NCBI GenBank assembly: GCA_003554395.1
Contig: PWGD01000097.1
Coordinates: 1 to 50,999 of the forward strand
Length of the DNA: 50,999 nt
DNA from: Syntrophomonadaceae bacterium
Lineage (GTDB): Bacteria > Bacillota > Dethiobacteria > DTU022
Direction of reading: 5' to 3'
The position numbers were made by a program, and so were the translations under genes. Under the pieces are notes generated by a model. That model saw only the letters and a list, made by a program, of their open reading frames with translations, had not been told where the DNA came from and did no database searches. Of the stretch, positions 37,277 to 48,043 are shown one piece after another. Positions within the stretch are counted from its first letter, which is position 1. Each line of letters opens with the position of its first letter.

Positions 37277-38566
37277 CTATAACGGGCTTTTGGAAATCTT
37301 TTCACTGGCCTGATCACTTATTCTTTTAATGCTCGCCCCTAAACCAATAAATTTCTGTTCCAGGTTTTCATAGCCCCGATCGATATGCTCAACGGCGCTG
37401 ATTGTGCTGTCTCCCTCAGCCATTAAGGCGGCTATGATTAAAGAGGCTCCCGAACGAAGGTCATGAGCGGTTACCGGGGCCCCCGAAAGGCGGTTTCCTC
37501 CTTCGATTAAAGCCGTTCGCCCTTCAACTTTAATCCTGGCCCCCATTCTTTTTAACTCCTCCACCTGGTTGAAACGGCCGTCAAAGACATTTTCTGTGAT
37601 CACGCTGAGGCCCCGGGCAGCAGTTAACAAAACCATCCCAGGCGGCTGAAGGTCGGTGGGAAAACCCGGATAGGGAAAGGTTTTTAAATCGGAAGCCACC
37701 AGGGGTTGAGGAACTGCGACCGTAATTCTTTCCGGCTCTACCCTGACGGTAGCCCCTGTTTCCCGCAGCTTGGCGGTTATCGCCTCAAGGTGCTTGGGAA
37801 TAACATCCTCCACGGTGACGCTGCCTGCGGTTGCCGCTGCTGCCATCATGAAGGTCCCGGCTTCAATCCGGTCCGGGATAATCGCGTGGGTGACGCCGGT
37901 AAAGCTTTTCACGCCATCGATCCTGATTACATCGGTGCCGGCTCCCCGTATTTTTGCTCCCATGGCATTTAAGAAGTTGGCCAGGTCAACGATTTCCGGC
38001 TCCTTGGCGACATTTTCCAGGACCGTCCTTCCCTCGGCGGCAGAAGCAGCCAGCATCAGGTTGATGGTGGCTCCGATGCTGACCACATCCAAATAAATAT
38101 GAGCCCCCACTAAACGATCGGCAGTAAGGGTGATCATGCCGTGTTCAATATTGATATCCGCACCCAGGGCGGTAAATCCTTTCAGATGCTGATCAATGGG
38201 GCGGGGCCCCAGATCGCAGCCGCCCGGAATCGGAACTTCCGCCCTGCCGAAACGGGCCAAAAGGCTGCCCATAAAATAATAGGAAGCCCTCATCTTTTTC
38301 ACCAGTTCATAGGGAGGAGCTATCTTAGACAGGTTGCCGGAAGTCAAATCGAGGGCGTTCCGGCCGCGCCTGCGGATGGAAACCCCTAAATTTTCCAGGA
38401 TCTCGATCATGGTTCGGACATCGGTGATGTCGGGCAAATTTTCTAAATGCACGTTTTCTTTGGTGAGCACTACAGCAGGCAGTACTGCCACAGCGGCATT
38501 TTTAGAGCCGCTTATTTTCACAGCACCGGTCAGGCTGACCTCACCTTTGACAACAAAACTTTCCAT
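37277..38566 (-). CDS. murA: UDP-N-acetylglucosamine 1-carboxyvinyltransferase
   Basis: SGSKNA, MRASY, PGGCDLGPRPIDQH (active-site Cys present), PGFPTDLQ. Confidence 0.96.
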   Translation of the reverse strand: MESFVVKGEVSLTGAVKISGSKNAAVAVLPAVVLTKENVHLENLPDITDVRTMIEILENLGVSIRRRGRNALDLTSGNLSKIAPPYELVKKMRASYYFMGSLLARFGRAEVPIPGGCDLGPRPIDQHLKGFTALGADINIEHGMITLTADRLVGAHIYLDVVSIGATINLMLAASAAEGRTVLENVAKEPEIVDLANFLNAMGAKIRGAGTDVIRIDGVKSFTGVTHAIIPDRIEAGTFMMAAAATAGSVTVEDVIPKHLEAITAKLRETGATVRVEPERITVAVPQPLVASDLKTFPYPGFPTDLQPPGMVLLTAARGLSVITENVFDGRFNQVEELKRMGARIKVEGRTALIEGGNRLSGAPVTAHDLRSGASLIIAALMAEGDSTISAVEHIDRGYENLEQKFIGLGASIKRISDQASEKISKSPL

Positions 38567-38627
38567 ATGATTACCTCGTATCCCTCCGCTGCAATTATAA
38601 CATTAAATGGGGCCGGACAAAAATCGG

Positions 38628-39515
38628 TTACATTTGTTCCGGTATGACCGCCTCTTTTTCAAGGTTTCCGGTAAAAGCATTAATATAATAGTACTGGTTG
38701 TTGTCAAGCACAATACGCCACACCGGTGGAATCTCCCATTTTTCCGCATCATATTCTCCACTGTAATAGCCTAAATCAATCTTTTGGATAGAGCGTTCTT
38801 CGGGGCTGGGTCCAAGTTCAGCCACCAGGTTTTTTAAAGCCTCAGTCGGCGGAATTACTTCCATTTCCCGGGTCGGAATCCGCTCGCCCGGTTCCAGCCA
38901 GTAGATTTCCACAGCCCTGATCTGAGCGGCATCGATAAAGACTTTTAATTGCCCGGAGTATATGGGTTTATCCTCCAGGAGTTGATGATAATACAGGATC
39001 ACGCTGCCGTCTTCCTTATGTTCCAGGTAATCAAATCTTTTATGTTCCGGGAGCAGGTGATGTTCTTCTAAAATAGTTGCAACCTGTTCAGTTAAATCAT
39101 TTTCGTCCAGATCAACAGGATTTTCCTCCAGGGAAGACCTGTTATTTTCAAAGAAGACCTGGAGCAGGCCGCTGGTATGGATGATAACCAGCCTGTCATC
39201 GGCCCGGTAATAGATGGCCCGGTCCGATTCTTCAATCTGTACCCCGGTTCTGATCAGGTCATATAAAAGTTCATGCCTGATTTCCCGGGATGGAGACACG
39301 GGCACAAAATCGCTGGTCCGGGTGGCGCGATCAAAGGAAGCTTCCAGAACGTAGTTGTTTTCGGCCAGTTTTTGTTCTGTTTCCCGCAGCGCTTCAGAAG
39401 TAACTGCGGCTTCTGTTAACCGGCCAAAATCAGGCCAGAACAGCTGATAGCCCAGAAAAATATTTAAACCGGCAAAAGCTATGATCAGGATTAATTTTGC
39501 CCGGCCCAGTTTCAC
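38628..39515 (-). CDS. yycI: Two-component regulatory protein YycI
   Basis: AKLILIIAF.LN N-terminal TM; C-terminal PVWRI...YINAFTG; wal operon position. Confidence 0.85.
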   Translation of the reverse strand: MKLGRAKLILIIAFAGLNIFLGYQLFWPDFGRLTEAAVTSEALRETEQKLAENNYVLEASFDRATRTSDFVPVSPSREIRHELLYDLIRTGVQIEESDRAIYYRADDRLVIIHTSGLLQVFFENNRSSLEENPVDLDENDLTEQVATILEEHHLLPEHKRFDYLEHKEDGSVILYYHQLLEDKPIYSGQLKVFIDAAQIRAVEIYWLEPGERIPTREMEVIPPTEALKNLVAELGPSPEERSIQKIDLGYYSGEYDAEKWEIPPVWRIVLDNNQYYYINAFTGNLEKEAVIPEQM

Positions 39516-40978
39516 AGCAAGTCCTCCTTGTTGATTGTTTCCAATGTATCGGCTTCCAGGATAATTTCTTCTCCGTTAATGATCACAAACCATACCGGGA
39601 TGCCCCTCAGTTGACCTTCTGAGGTTGTAACTGCATAAGCAAGTTCCAGCGCTCCCAGCCGCAGCCTGGATCCGACGTCGGTAGCGGTATCTTCAATATT
39701 GGAGATGGCCTGCAGCAGGGCATCGGTCCAGGCAGCGACCTCCACTGTAATCTTATGGGGGCTGACGGGCAGTTCTTCTTCGAAATTTTCAACAGGCGCT
39801 TCCGGGTTATACAGGGACCTGGTAAAATGAAAAAGGCCCTGGTCATTAAAGGAAGCCCTGGTCGGCTGCCCGGTTAAAAAGGGGTAACCATTTTTATACA
39901 ACGTCCATTCCGCAACATAAAACCACAACCCGGCCCGGCTATTTAAGCTTAAATCTGCCAGGCGAAGATTTTCCGGCCAACCCCCATGAAAGCTGATCAG
40001 GCTGCTGCTTTTTCTCAGGGCTTCACTATAATTTACCGTCGTTTGCCCTTCTTCCAGCCGCGGATAAGAGTATTCGAACCTATTATTACTGAGGCGCAGA
40101 CCTTTTTCGCCGTCAGTATAAAGTAAGCTACCGTCTCTCTCTTCTATCTCCCGGACCAAATTGTAATCAACAAAAAATGTCTTCAGCAGCAGTTCCTTTT
40201 CCAGGTTCTCCGGTTCTACATTAAATTTTTCCATGAATACCTCTCCAAGAGGCACATAAATAGAAGCCCTGATATCGATTTCCTTTTCCAGCAGGTTACC
40301 TTCATTCGTATTCTCTTCTGTCGGGTCATCTTCTACCGGATCATTTTCAATCGGGTCATCTTCTACCGGGTCATCTTGCATGATTTCATTAATCAAGTCC
40401 ACCGTCAGTAAGCTGTAAGCGGTTTCATTTTCTAGATCAAGATTTTCCAGGATCGCACTGAATTGAGCGGCTTTTGCTTCATCCAAAAGCAGATATTGCT
40501 TTTCTTCCTGATCGGCCTTTTTTATGACTAACCAGTAAGAATCTTGCAAACAGTAGAGGCTTAAGATCTCAATACTGCCGGTAGAAAGGCCCGGCAGCCA
40601 GAGATTTTCATCTCCCGCCGGAAGGGCCGGATCAAAATAGCAGGCCAGGCACCTGAGGCCCTCTTCTTCCGGGCCATTTTGATCCTCGCTAAAAAAGTTG
40701 TTCTCGATATTTTTGAGCAGATCCGATAATTCTTGCCAGAGCTCATCAAAACCGGGGTTTCCTTTACTGTAAAGGTAATTGGTGTTACCGCCGTTTAAGA
40801 CGATCCGGTAGGGGACAACAGTTTCCTCAAGGGAACGCGGCGTTTCTATCTCAACCTGTTCATATACGTCCTCGGCAACCAGTTCCGCCGGTTTTTGCCC
40901 GTACCAGAGTTGATAGGTCAAAAAAAGGCTTAAACCGATCAGGCAAAGCAGCAGAACTGTTTTTAGCTGCTCCATCAT
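39512..40978 (-). CDS. yycH: Two-component regulatory protein YycH
   Basis: EQLKTVLL..LIGLSLFLTYQLW N-terminus, YTDGEKGL; follows walK. Confidence 0.85.
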   Translation of the reverse strand: MMEQLKTVLLLCLIGLSLFLTYQLWYGQKPAELVAEDVYEQVEIETPRSLEETVVPYRIVLNGGNTNYLYSKGNPGFDELWQELSDLLKNIENNFFSEDQNGPEEEGLRCLACYFDPALPAGDENLWLPGLSTGSIEILSLYCLQDSYWLVIKKADQEEKQYLLLDEAKAAQFSAILENLDLENETAYSLLTVDLINEIMQDDPVEDDPIENDPVEDDPTEENTNEGNLLEKEIDIRASIYVPLGEVFMEKFNVEPENLEKELLLKTFFVDYNLVREIEERDGSLLYTDGEKGLRLSNNRFEYSYPRLEEGQTTVNYSEALRKSSSLISFHGGWPENLRLADLSLNSRAGLWFYVAEWTLYKNGYPFLTGQPTRASFNDQGLFHFTRSLYNPEAPVENFEEELPVSPHKITVEVAAWTDALLQAISNIEDTATDVGSRLRLGALELAYAVTTSEGQLRGIPVWFVIINGEEIILEADTLETINKEDLL

Positions 40979-42798
40979 GTAAGCTTATCCTCCCCTAAAA
41001 CCCCGGGCAGGGTCAAAGAAACTTTCGTGCCCGCTCCCGGAGAACTTTCTATCCATATTTTCCCTCCATGGGCTTCGACTATTTTGCGGGCAATGGATAA
41101 GCCGAGACCGGTTCCGCCATAATCGCGGCTGCGAGTCTTTTCAACCCGGTAAAATCTTTCAAAGATACGGGGCAGTTCTTCTTCGCTTATTCCGCTTCCC
41201 GTGTCTTCAATAACTACTTTGATAGCCTGGTGCTGCTTGACAGCACTGAAAGTGACTTCTCCATCCGGCGGCGTATATTTCAGGGCATTATTTAGCAAAT
41301 TAGTAAAGGCCCTCATTACTTTATCCCGATCCACGTAGACCCTGGGAAATTCAGGCTCGATGGATACATTCACCGTAGGCAGCTCCCCGCTGAGCTTCTG
41401 ACCGGCCTGCCCCGCAGCTTCCAGGGCCATACTTCTTAAATCCACCGCGCTTTTTTGCCACTCCAGGCGGTTGGTATCCATCTGGGATAGGACCAGTAAA
41501 TCTTTAACCATGCTGACCATTCTTTCCGTTTCTTTGGCCAAAACATGTAAAAACCTGGTCCGCGCTTCCGGCTCTTCGGCCGCTCCGTCCAGCAGGGTTT
41601 CCACGTAACTCTTAACCGTGGCCAAAGGGGTCCTCAGTTCATGCGATACGTCAGCAACGAATTCTTCCTGGCGGCGGGTCAGCTCCCTTTCCCTGGTTAC
41701 ATCGTGAAGGACGATCAGGGTCCCGTCCAGCTTTCCTTTATCTACCCTGAACGGGGCAATTTTCACCTTCAGGGTACACTCCGGATCATGGCTGGAAATC
41801 TCAGCCGTCAGAGGTTCCTGCTTGCGAACAAAGCGGCGCATGGCTTCCGAACCGATCAGGCTTCTAAGCAGTCCGAACCCGGACCGGTTCAGGGCCGGTA
41901 CTTTCAGGTTCAGGTTTTTGATCAGGCGGCGGGCGGAAGGGTTAACCTGAATTAAATGGCCTTTACCGTTAAGGGCGGCGACACCATCGCTCATATTATT
42001 TATAATGGCTTCCACCTTGCTTTTTTCCGAAGACATTTCGTCAATGGTATGGCTGAGCCGATCGGCAAGATAATTAAAGGTTTCTCCCAGCCTGCCAATT
42101 TCATCGGAGGTTTGCACCTCGATCTTGCGGGTAAAATCTCCTCCGGCCATTTCATGGGCCTGTCCGGTTACTTCTTTAATGGGCAGAGTAATAGTCCTGG
42201 TCAGCACAATACCCAGTAAAAAGCTTACTACCAGGGCCAATCCAACTCCACTGAGAAGGATAGTTTTAACCTCGTTGAGGGTGTCGTCTACCGCCTTCAG
42301 GGAACCGCTCAGGTAAATAACCCCAATCGTCCTCTGGTTGTTTTCGATGGGATAAGCCATAAAATAACGGCGTTCTTCGTTAACGGAATCATAGCGCATG
42401 TTGTCGCTCAGGTTGCCGGCCAGGGCCCTGGTTATTTCATCGCGGATCAAACGGCTCCCGACGTGGTCCTGGCTGCCGGTAGTTCCGACAATCTGGGCAT
42501 AACTGTCGAGGACAACAATTTCCATTTCATGCAAATCCCGAAATTCCCGGGCCAGGCGGATTGTGTCTTCTGCCCATTCCTCCCCTTCGCCAAATCCGGG
42601 TTTGATGAAGGCTGAAAGAAGCCTGGCCTGGTTTTCAAGACTTTCTTTGTAATTGCTCAGGTAGTACTGCTCCAGGGATTGGACCAGGTAGACGCTGATC
42701 AACTGCAGAGAAAACAGGATCAGCATCAGGTAAATAAAAATAATTTTCCACTGGAGGCTGTTAAATATTTTCAATCGGTCTAAAATAATAACCGACAC
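40975..42798 (-). CDS. walK: Sensor histidine kinase WalK (YycG)
   Basis: Two TMs, HAMP, PAS-like region, SHELRTPL H-box, NALKY, GGTGLGL; start may be TTG at 42774. Confidence 0.9.
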   Translation of the reverse strand: MSVIILDRLKIFNSLQWKIIFIYLMLILFSLQLISVYLVQSLEQYYLSNYKESLENQARLLSAFIKPGFGEGEEWAEDTIRLAREFRDLHEMEIVVLDSYAQIVGTTGSQDHVGSRLIRDEITRALAGNLSDNMRYDSVNEERRYFMAYPIENNQRTIGVIYLSGSLKAVDDTLNEVKTILLSGVGLALVVSFLLGIVLTRTITLPIKEVTGQAHEMAGGDFTRKIEVQTSDEIGRLGETFNYLADRLSHTIDEMSSEKSKVEAIINNMSDGVAALNGKGHLIQVNPSARRLIKNLNLKVPALNRSGFGLLRSLIGSEAMRRFVRKQEPLTAEISSHDPECTLKVKIAPFRVDKGKLDGTLIVLHDVTRERELTRRQEEFVADVSHELRTPLATVKSYVETLLDGAAEEPEARTRFLHVLAKETERMVSMVKDLLVLSQMDTNRLEWQKSAVDLRSMALEAAGQAGQKLSGELPTVNVSIEPEFPRVYVDRDKVMRAFTNLLNNALKYTPPDGEVTFSAVKQHQAIKVVIEDTGSGISEEELPRIFERFYRVEKTRSRDYGGTGLGLSIARKIVEAHGGKIWIESSPGAGTKVSLTLPGVLGEDKLT

Positions 42799-43465
42799 CC
42801 CTTTTAGTTTTAATATAATCCGGGTGGGCGGGATTCTGCTCCAGCTTTTCGCGCAGCCGCCTTATGGTCACATCAACTGTCCGATCCTCTCCAATATAAT
42901 CATAGCCCCAGACCTGGTCTAACAGCTGTTCCCTGCTGAAGACAAAACCCGGTTTCTTGATCAAATGCAGTAAAAGGTTATATTCGCGCAGGGTCAGTTC
43001 GATCGGTTTATCCAGATTATAAACCTGCATCTCGTTTTGATCTACTACTATTGAGCCTACCTCAATCTTGCTTCTCCCTTCCTGGGCAGGAAGCTCTTTA
43101 CGCTTGCTGCGCCGCAAAAGGGCCTTGACCCGGGCGGACACTTCCCGGGCGCTGAAAGGTTTTGTCACATAGTCATCCGCTCCCAGTTCGAGACCGAGGA
43201 CTTTATCCATTTCCATTTCTTTAGCTGTTAACATAATGATCGGGATATCCCACCGGGAACGGATTTCACGGCAGACGGTAAACCCGTCTTTGAGGGGAAG
43301 CATAATATCGAGGACGATCAGGTCCAGATGTTCCGCTTCCACCATCTTCAAAGCCTCTTCTCCGTCGTACGCAGTAAAAACCTGGTATCCCTCTTTTTCA
43401 AGGTTATACTGGAGGATTTCCACGATCGGTTTTTCGTCATCTACCACTAAGATTTTTTCTGCCAT
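42761..43465 (-). CDS. walR: Response regulator WalR (YycF)
   Basis: KILVVDDEKPI, GADDYVTKPFS, RTVDVTIRRLREK, TKRGVGY. Confidence 0.93.
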   Translation of the reverse strand: MAEKILVVDDEKPIVEILQYNLEKEGYQVFTAYDGEEALKMVEAEHLDLIVLDIMLPLKDGFTVCREIRSRWDIPIIMLTAKEMEMDKVLGLELGADDYVTKPFSAREVSARVKALLRRSKRKELPAQEGRSKIEVGSIVVDQNEMQVYNLDKPIELTLREYNLLLHLIKKPGFVFSREQLLDQVWGYDYIGEDRTVDVTIRRLREKLEQNPAHPDYIKTKRGVGYYFRPIENI

Positions 43466-43625
43466 CTTGACCACCCCATATTTTTAGTAAACATAAAACT
43501 TCGCTTTTCGCTCAAAAAACCCTTTATTTAAAACCCCTGAACAAGAGCAACCCTAAAAATATTCCCGCCTGTCCGGCCAATAGGGGGAAAGGGGGATCGG
43601 GTCACGGATCCTGTCACACCTGTCC

Positions 43626-45107
43626 TTAGGGCCTGAAAAACTGAAGAGGATCAATGGGTTTATGTTGATAGTAAGCGCGCCATTCTCCGCTGCCGTCATC
43701 CCGCCTGACTTCAAAATGGAGGTGCGGGCCCGTGGAACGGCCGGTAGAACCAGCTTCGGCAATAACATCGCCTTGATCTACTTTGGCGCCTGTGGAAACG
43801 TGGTTTATATGGTTGTGGAGATAAAGCGTCCAGTAACGGCCGTGATAAATAATAATATAGTTGCCCTGGGAACCCCCAAAACCGGAAAACCAGACCACAC
43901 CGCTGTCGGCTGCAAAAACTTTGGTCCCGGTTTCGGCATCGATGTCAATGCCGGTATGCCAAGTACTGAACCCCCTCCCGGGAGTCACTTCCCCCCCTCC
44001 TGCCACCGGCCAGATAAATTTTCCGGTGCCCTTGGAAGGCACCTGGGAAGTGCCCCTGGCTTCAACCTGCGTAACAGGCTCTTTAATTATTGACTCACTA
44101 ACTAAGGTCCTTTTAACTTCAGCACCGTTTTGCCGGGTGATGTGATAGACGATTTCCTTGATGCCATCCTCCCCGGGAACTGTTATTTCATTTTGGACTA
44201 TCCACAGCTCTTCATCATAGACTGTTTCAACATTATAGGGGATCTTTTCAGTAACCACAAATTCCTCGATTGATTCGACATGGACACCGGCATTATTAGT
44301 TAATAATTGCCCGGGATCTTGTTCCTGATCGCCGCTTACAACCTGATCAGGAACCGGGTGGGGATTTGAGTCTTCAAAAGGCTGATGAGGGCCGGTAAAG
44401 CTGCGCCCCTCAACCTGAGCCCAGTAGGTAGCATCAAGCGAACGCTCAACCTTTTGATCCAGGAGCAGGGCCATAACCTCGTCGGCGGTAAAGACATTCC
44501 TTGGGCTTACAGAACAGGATTTAAGGGCAAAATCTTCAACTACGGCTATGTCTAATATTTTGGAGCCGTTGCTCTCGTTGCGGTAAGCGTCTTCGAGGCG
44601 CCCGATAACTGCATCCAGCACTTCTTCCGAAGCAACCGGGACCAGGGGGACATCATCCACCGTAACCAGGTAGGCAGCGGTAACAAAAGAGACTTGCTGC
44701 CTGATGATCTCCTGGACAGAGTCCGGATCGGGAACGGCCTGCGGCCGGTACTCTTTAACTACTCTGATCCTGTTTTCAATGGCCACTTCCATTCCATAAT
44801 ATTCGCTGCAGCGCTCGGCAAGTTCAGCGACCAGGTTTTCGACCTGATCTGCCTCCTCTACAACGCCTATTTCGCGGCCGTCGAGCATAACGGCATAAAC
44901 AAAACTGCCGAGGTAGCTATACAGGCCCAGAACCAGGGACAAAATAAAAACAGAAACCAGGATAAAAGATGAAGCCTTCAAACGGCCTCCTTTAATCCGG
45001 GTCCTGCTGCTCTTTAGATCCTGTTTGATTATTTTATAAAACCCTTTTTGGTTCTTTAGCTTAGGCCTTTTACCTGCAGGCACCCTCTGAACTGACCCAG
45101 GTCTCAT
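43626..45107 (-). CDS. M23 family peptidoglycan endopeptidase with G5 domain
   Basis: N-terminal TM, G5-like repeat (GEDGIKEIVY...EPVTQV), HTGID and STGPHLHFEV. Confidence 0.9.
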   Translation of the reverse strand: MRPGSVQRVPAGKRPKLKNQKGFYKIIKQDLKSSRTRIKGGRLKASSFILVSVFILSLVLGLYSYLGSFVYAVMLDGREIGVVEEADQVENLVAELAERCSEYYGMEVAIENRIRVVKEYRPQAVPDPDSVQEIIRQQVSFVTAAYLVTVDDVPLVPVASEEVLDAVIGRLEDAYRNESNGSKILDIAVVEDFALKSCSVSPRNVFTADEVMALLLDQKVERSLDATYWAQVEGRSFTGPHQPFEDSNPHPVPDQVVSGDQEQDPGQLLTNNAGVHVESIEEFVVTEKIPYNVETVYDEELWIVQNEITVPGEDGIKEIVYHITRQNGAEVKRTLVSESIIKEPVTQVEARGTSQVPSKGTGKFIWPVAGGGEVTPGRGFSTWHTGIDIDAETGTKVFAADSGVVWFSGFGGSQGNYIIIYHGRYWTLYLHNHINHVSTGAKVDQGDVIAEAGSTGRSTGPHLHFEVRRDDGSGEWRAYYQHKPIDPLQFFRP

Positions 45108-45268
45108 GGTCTTATCCCTTATGTTGATCCTTTCTAAGATGATAAGCCTGCAATGTTATATTATTCGGCACTGACCACCTGAATAGATCATTCCTTCCAG
45201 GAACTAATCAATAAAGCTTAATACGACATAAATCCAAAAAATCCTGCTGTATTTTATTTCCACAAGGC

Positions 45269-46666
45269 TCAGTCGGTGTGGCCCAGCCTGCCAAGGATGG
45301 CGCGGGCGGCCAGCATGCCCGTGGCCGAGGATTGAACTAAGCCCCTGGTTATACCGGCGCCGTCACCTACGGCAAAAAGATTCTTAATGCCCGTTTCCAG
45401 CTCCCGGTTCAGGCAGAGCCGGAATGAATAAAATTTTACTTCCACACCGTACAGCAGGGTATGTCTGGAATTCACTCCCGGAGCCAATTTGTCCAGGGCT
45501 TCAAGCATTTCGATAATGGCCAGCAGGTAGCGGTAGGGCAGGACCAGGCTGAGGTCTCCGGGCGTGGCTTCTTTGAGAGTAGGTTCGACCAGGCCGCGTT
45601 TAATCCGGTCCGGGGTTGACCTGCGCCCTTTAAGCAAATCACCCAGGCGCTGGATAATTACTCCGTCTCCCAGCATGTTTGCCAGGCTGGCTATATAGCG
45701 GCCATAGCGAATCGGCTCGGAAAAAGGCTCCGTAAAAGTTTTACTGACCAAAAGGGCAAAATTGGTATTATCAGTCTTCTTAGAGGCGAAACTGTGCCCG
45801 TTTACGGTAAGCAGTCCTTCGTTATTTTCGGTTACCACCACTCCAAAGGGATTCATGCAAAAAGTGCGGATCCGATCATCAAAATGACTGGTAAAATATA
45901 CCAGCTTTGATTCATAAATTTTAGTGGTCAGCTCTTCCATAATCACGGCCGGGACTTCTACTCTGACTCCGATATCAACCGGATTGTTGATGCCCTCTAA
46001 GCCCAGCTGTTTGGCCTGGCGGTAAATCCATTCGGCCCCTACTCTGCCCGGGGCGCAAATGACATAGTCGGCGCTGTATACCTCGCCGGAGGCCAGCCTG
46101 ACGCCGCTGATCCGCCCATCCCGGCAGAGAAGTTCCTCCACCGTATTGTGCGTCAGGATATCAACCTTCCCCTTCAGGGCATTGTGCATTTTTTCCAGGA
46201 TGGTATAGCAATTTTCAGTCCCCAAATGCCTTATTTGAGCCGGGATCAGGCTGAGCCCCGCCGCCGCTGCAAGCCGCTCCATCTTTTTAATTGCTTCTGT
46301 ATCAGTGCCGTATATTTCTTCCGTGGCGCCAAAAGAGAGGTAGGTTTGGTCGACTTCATTAATCAATTCTTCTACGACCTGGCGTTCAATGTATTCTTCC
46401 AGCAATCCGCCAAAAGCAGGCGTGAGGGTCAGTTTACCATCGCTAAAAGCACCCGCTCCCCCCCATCCGCAGGTGATAGCGCAGGGATCGCAGCGCAGAC
46501 AGCGCCCATATTCTTTTTGAGTTTTACAGTTTCTCTTCTCCAGCGGAGCGCCCTTGTCAATGATCAGGACCCTGGCCCTGCTCTTGGAGCTCAGCTCCAG
46601 AGCAGCAAATATGCCGGCCGGGCCGGCACCGACAATGATAACATCATAACTGGTGGTTGACTGCAT
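45269..46666 (-). CDS. NAD(P)/FAD-dependent oxidoreductase (COG2509-like)
   Basis: GAGPAG, Cys cluster CxxCxPCxxxCGWGGAGAFSDGKL, GDGAGITRG; start MQSTT. Confidence 0.85.
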   Translation of the reverse strand: MQSTTSYDVIIVGAGPAGIFAALELSSKSRARVLIIDKGAPLEKRNCKTQKEYGRCLRCDPCAITCGWGGAGAFSDGKLTLTPAFGGLLEEYIERQVVEELINEVDQTYLSFGATEEIYGTDTEAIKKMERLAAAAGLSLIPAQIRHLGTENCYTILEKMHNALKGKVDILTHNTVEELLCRDGRISGVRLASGEVYSADYVICAPGRVGAEWIYRQAKQLGLEGINNPVDIGVRVEVPAVIMEELTTKIYESKLVYFTSHFDDRIRTFCMNPFGVVVTENNEGLLTVNGHSFASKKTDNTNFALLVSKTFTEPFSEPIRYGRYIASLANMLGDGVIIQRLGDLLKGRRSTPDRIKRGLVEPTLKEATPGDLSLVLPYRYLLAIIEMLEALDKLAPGVNSRHTLLYGVEVKFYSFRLCLNRELETGIKNLFAVGDGAGITRGLVQSSATGMLAARAILGRLGHTD

Positions 46667-46670
46667 TATT

Positions 46671-48017
46671 TCACCCAATCTGGCTGGATGGTTCCCTGGT
46701 CATGTTGGCAAACTTCGTAAACCGATCCAGAAAATATAGTTCAACGAGGCCCGTCGGTCCGTTCCGCTGTTTGGCAATGCTGATCTCGGCTATATTGCCT
46801 TTTTCAGAATCTTTATTATAATAAGCCTCTCGATAGATAAACAAGACCACGTCGGCGTTTGCCTCTATCCCTCCCGATTCCATCAAGTCGCTGAGAATGG
46901 GCCGGCGATCGGGCCTCTTTTCCACGGCCCGGCTGAGCTGGGAAAGGGCCAGGACCGGGACATTAAGTTCCTTGGCCAGGGCTTTAAGGGACCTCGATAT
47001 CTCAGACAGCTCCTGCTGGCGGCTCTCGGAACGGGTAAAACCGCGCATCAGCTGCAGATAGTCGACAAAGATTGCCTCCAGCCCTTTTTCAGCTTTAAGC
47101 CTTCTGGCTTTGGCCCTGACTTCCATTACGGATAACGAGGCGCTGTCATCAATAAAGAGAGGCGAATCGCTGAGCGGCCCAACCGCCCTGGTTAGCTTTT
47201 GCCACTCTTCCTGGGATAAAAAGCCCCGGCGCATATTCTGGGCATCAATTTGTGCTTCAGCACAGAGTAAACGCTGGGCCAGCTGTTCCCTGGACATTTC
47301 CATGCTGAAAAAGGCCGTAGGCCTTTTTTCTTTTACCGCTACCTGCTGAGCAATATTCAGGGCCAGGGTGGTTTTGCCCATACTGGGCCGGGCCGCCACA
47401 ATGATTAAATCGGAATTTTGCAGGCCGAAACACATCCGGTCTAAGTCGGCAAACCCGGTCGGCAGTCCGGTTACTCCTTTCTTTTCATCATAGAGCTTTT
47501 CCAAACGTTCAAAAGTCCGAACCATGACATCCTTTAAGGGAGCAAAACCCTGGTGCTTGCCCCGGCTCCCGATTTCAAAGATTAGCCTTTCAGCTTCATC
47601 CAAAAATTCATCAATATTGTGGGGGGCATCAAAACTGCGGGAAACAATCTCCGTCGAGGCCTGGATCAGGGAACGCAAAATTGACTTTTCCCTGACAATC
47701 TGGGAATGGTATTGAACATTTGCCGCCGTGGGGACCGCATTGGCCAGCGTAACCAGATACGAACGTCCACCTATCTCTTCCAGGCACTGACTGCGCTGCA
47801 GTTCTTCAGAAAGGGTAACCAGGTCAACCGGCTCTCCCTTTTCGCTTAAAGATAAGATAGCAGAGAACATCTTTTGATGGGCGGTGCTGTAGAAATCCCG
47901 GTCCACCAGGACTTCAGCAGCCGCAAAAATAGCTTCTTTATCAAGCATCATAGACCCGAGCACAGACTGCTCGGCATCTTTGCTTTGCGGGGGAACCCTG
48001 TCGCTGATAACAGCCAC
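46671..48017 (-). CDS. dnaB: Replicative DNA helicase
   Basis: PPQS.DAEQSVLG, ARPSMGKT, DYLQLM, LSQLSR, AKQRNGPTG; no intein. Confidence 0.97.
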   Translation of the reverse strand: MAVISDRVPPQSKDAEQSVLGSMMLDKEAIFAAAEVLVDRDFYSTAHQKMFSAILSLSEKGEPVDLVTLSEELQRSQCLEEIGGRSYLVTLANAVPTAANVQYHSQIVREKSILRSLIQASTEIVSRSFDAPHNIDEFLDEAERLIFEIGSRGKHQGFAPLKDVMVRTFERLEKLYDEKKGVTGLPTGFADLDRMCFGLQNSDLIIVAARPSMGKTTLALNIAQQVAVKEKRPTAFFSMEMSREQLAQRLLCAEAQIDAQNMRRGFLSQEEWQKLTRAVGPLSDSPLFIDDSASLSVMEVRAKARRLKAEKGLEAIFVDYLQLMRGFTRSESRQQELSEISRSLKALAKELNVPVLALSQLSRAVEKRPDRRPILSDLMESGGIEANADVVLFIYREAYYNKDSEKGNIAEISIAKQRNGPTGLVELYFLDRFTKFANMTREPSSQIG

Positions 48018-48043
48018 CTGTAACTACCTCCTTTCAGCGGGAA

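Noticed and set aside
45108-45268. WalR box upstream of the M23 peptidase
   Set aside because: No TGTWAH-N5-TGTWAH direct repeat found; only an isolated half-site.
11793-48017. Inteins or recoding in ntpA, dnaB or prfA
   Set aside because: All have normal lengths and uninterrupted motifs.
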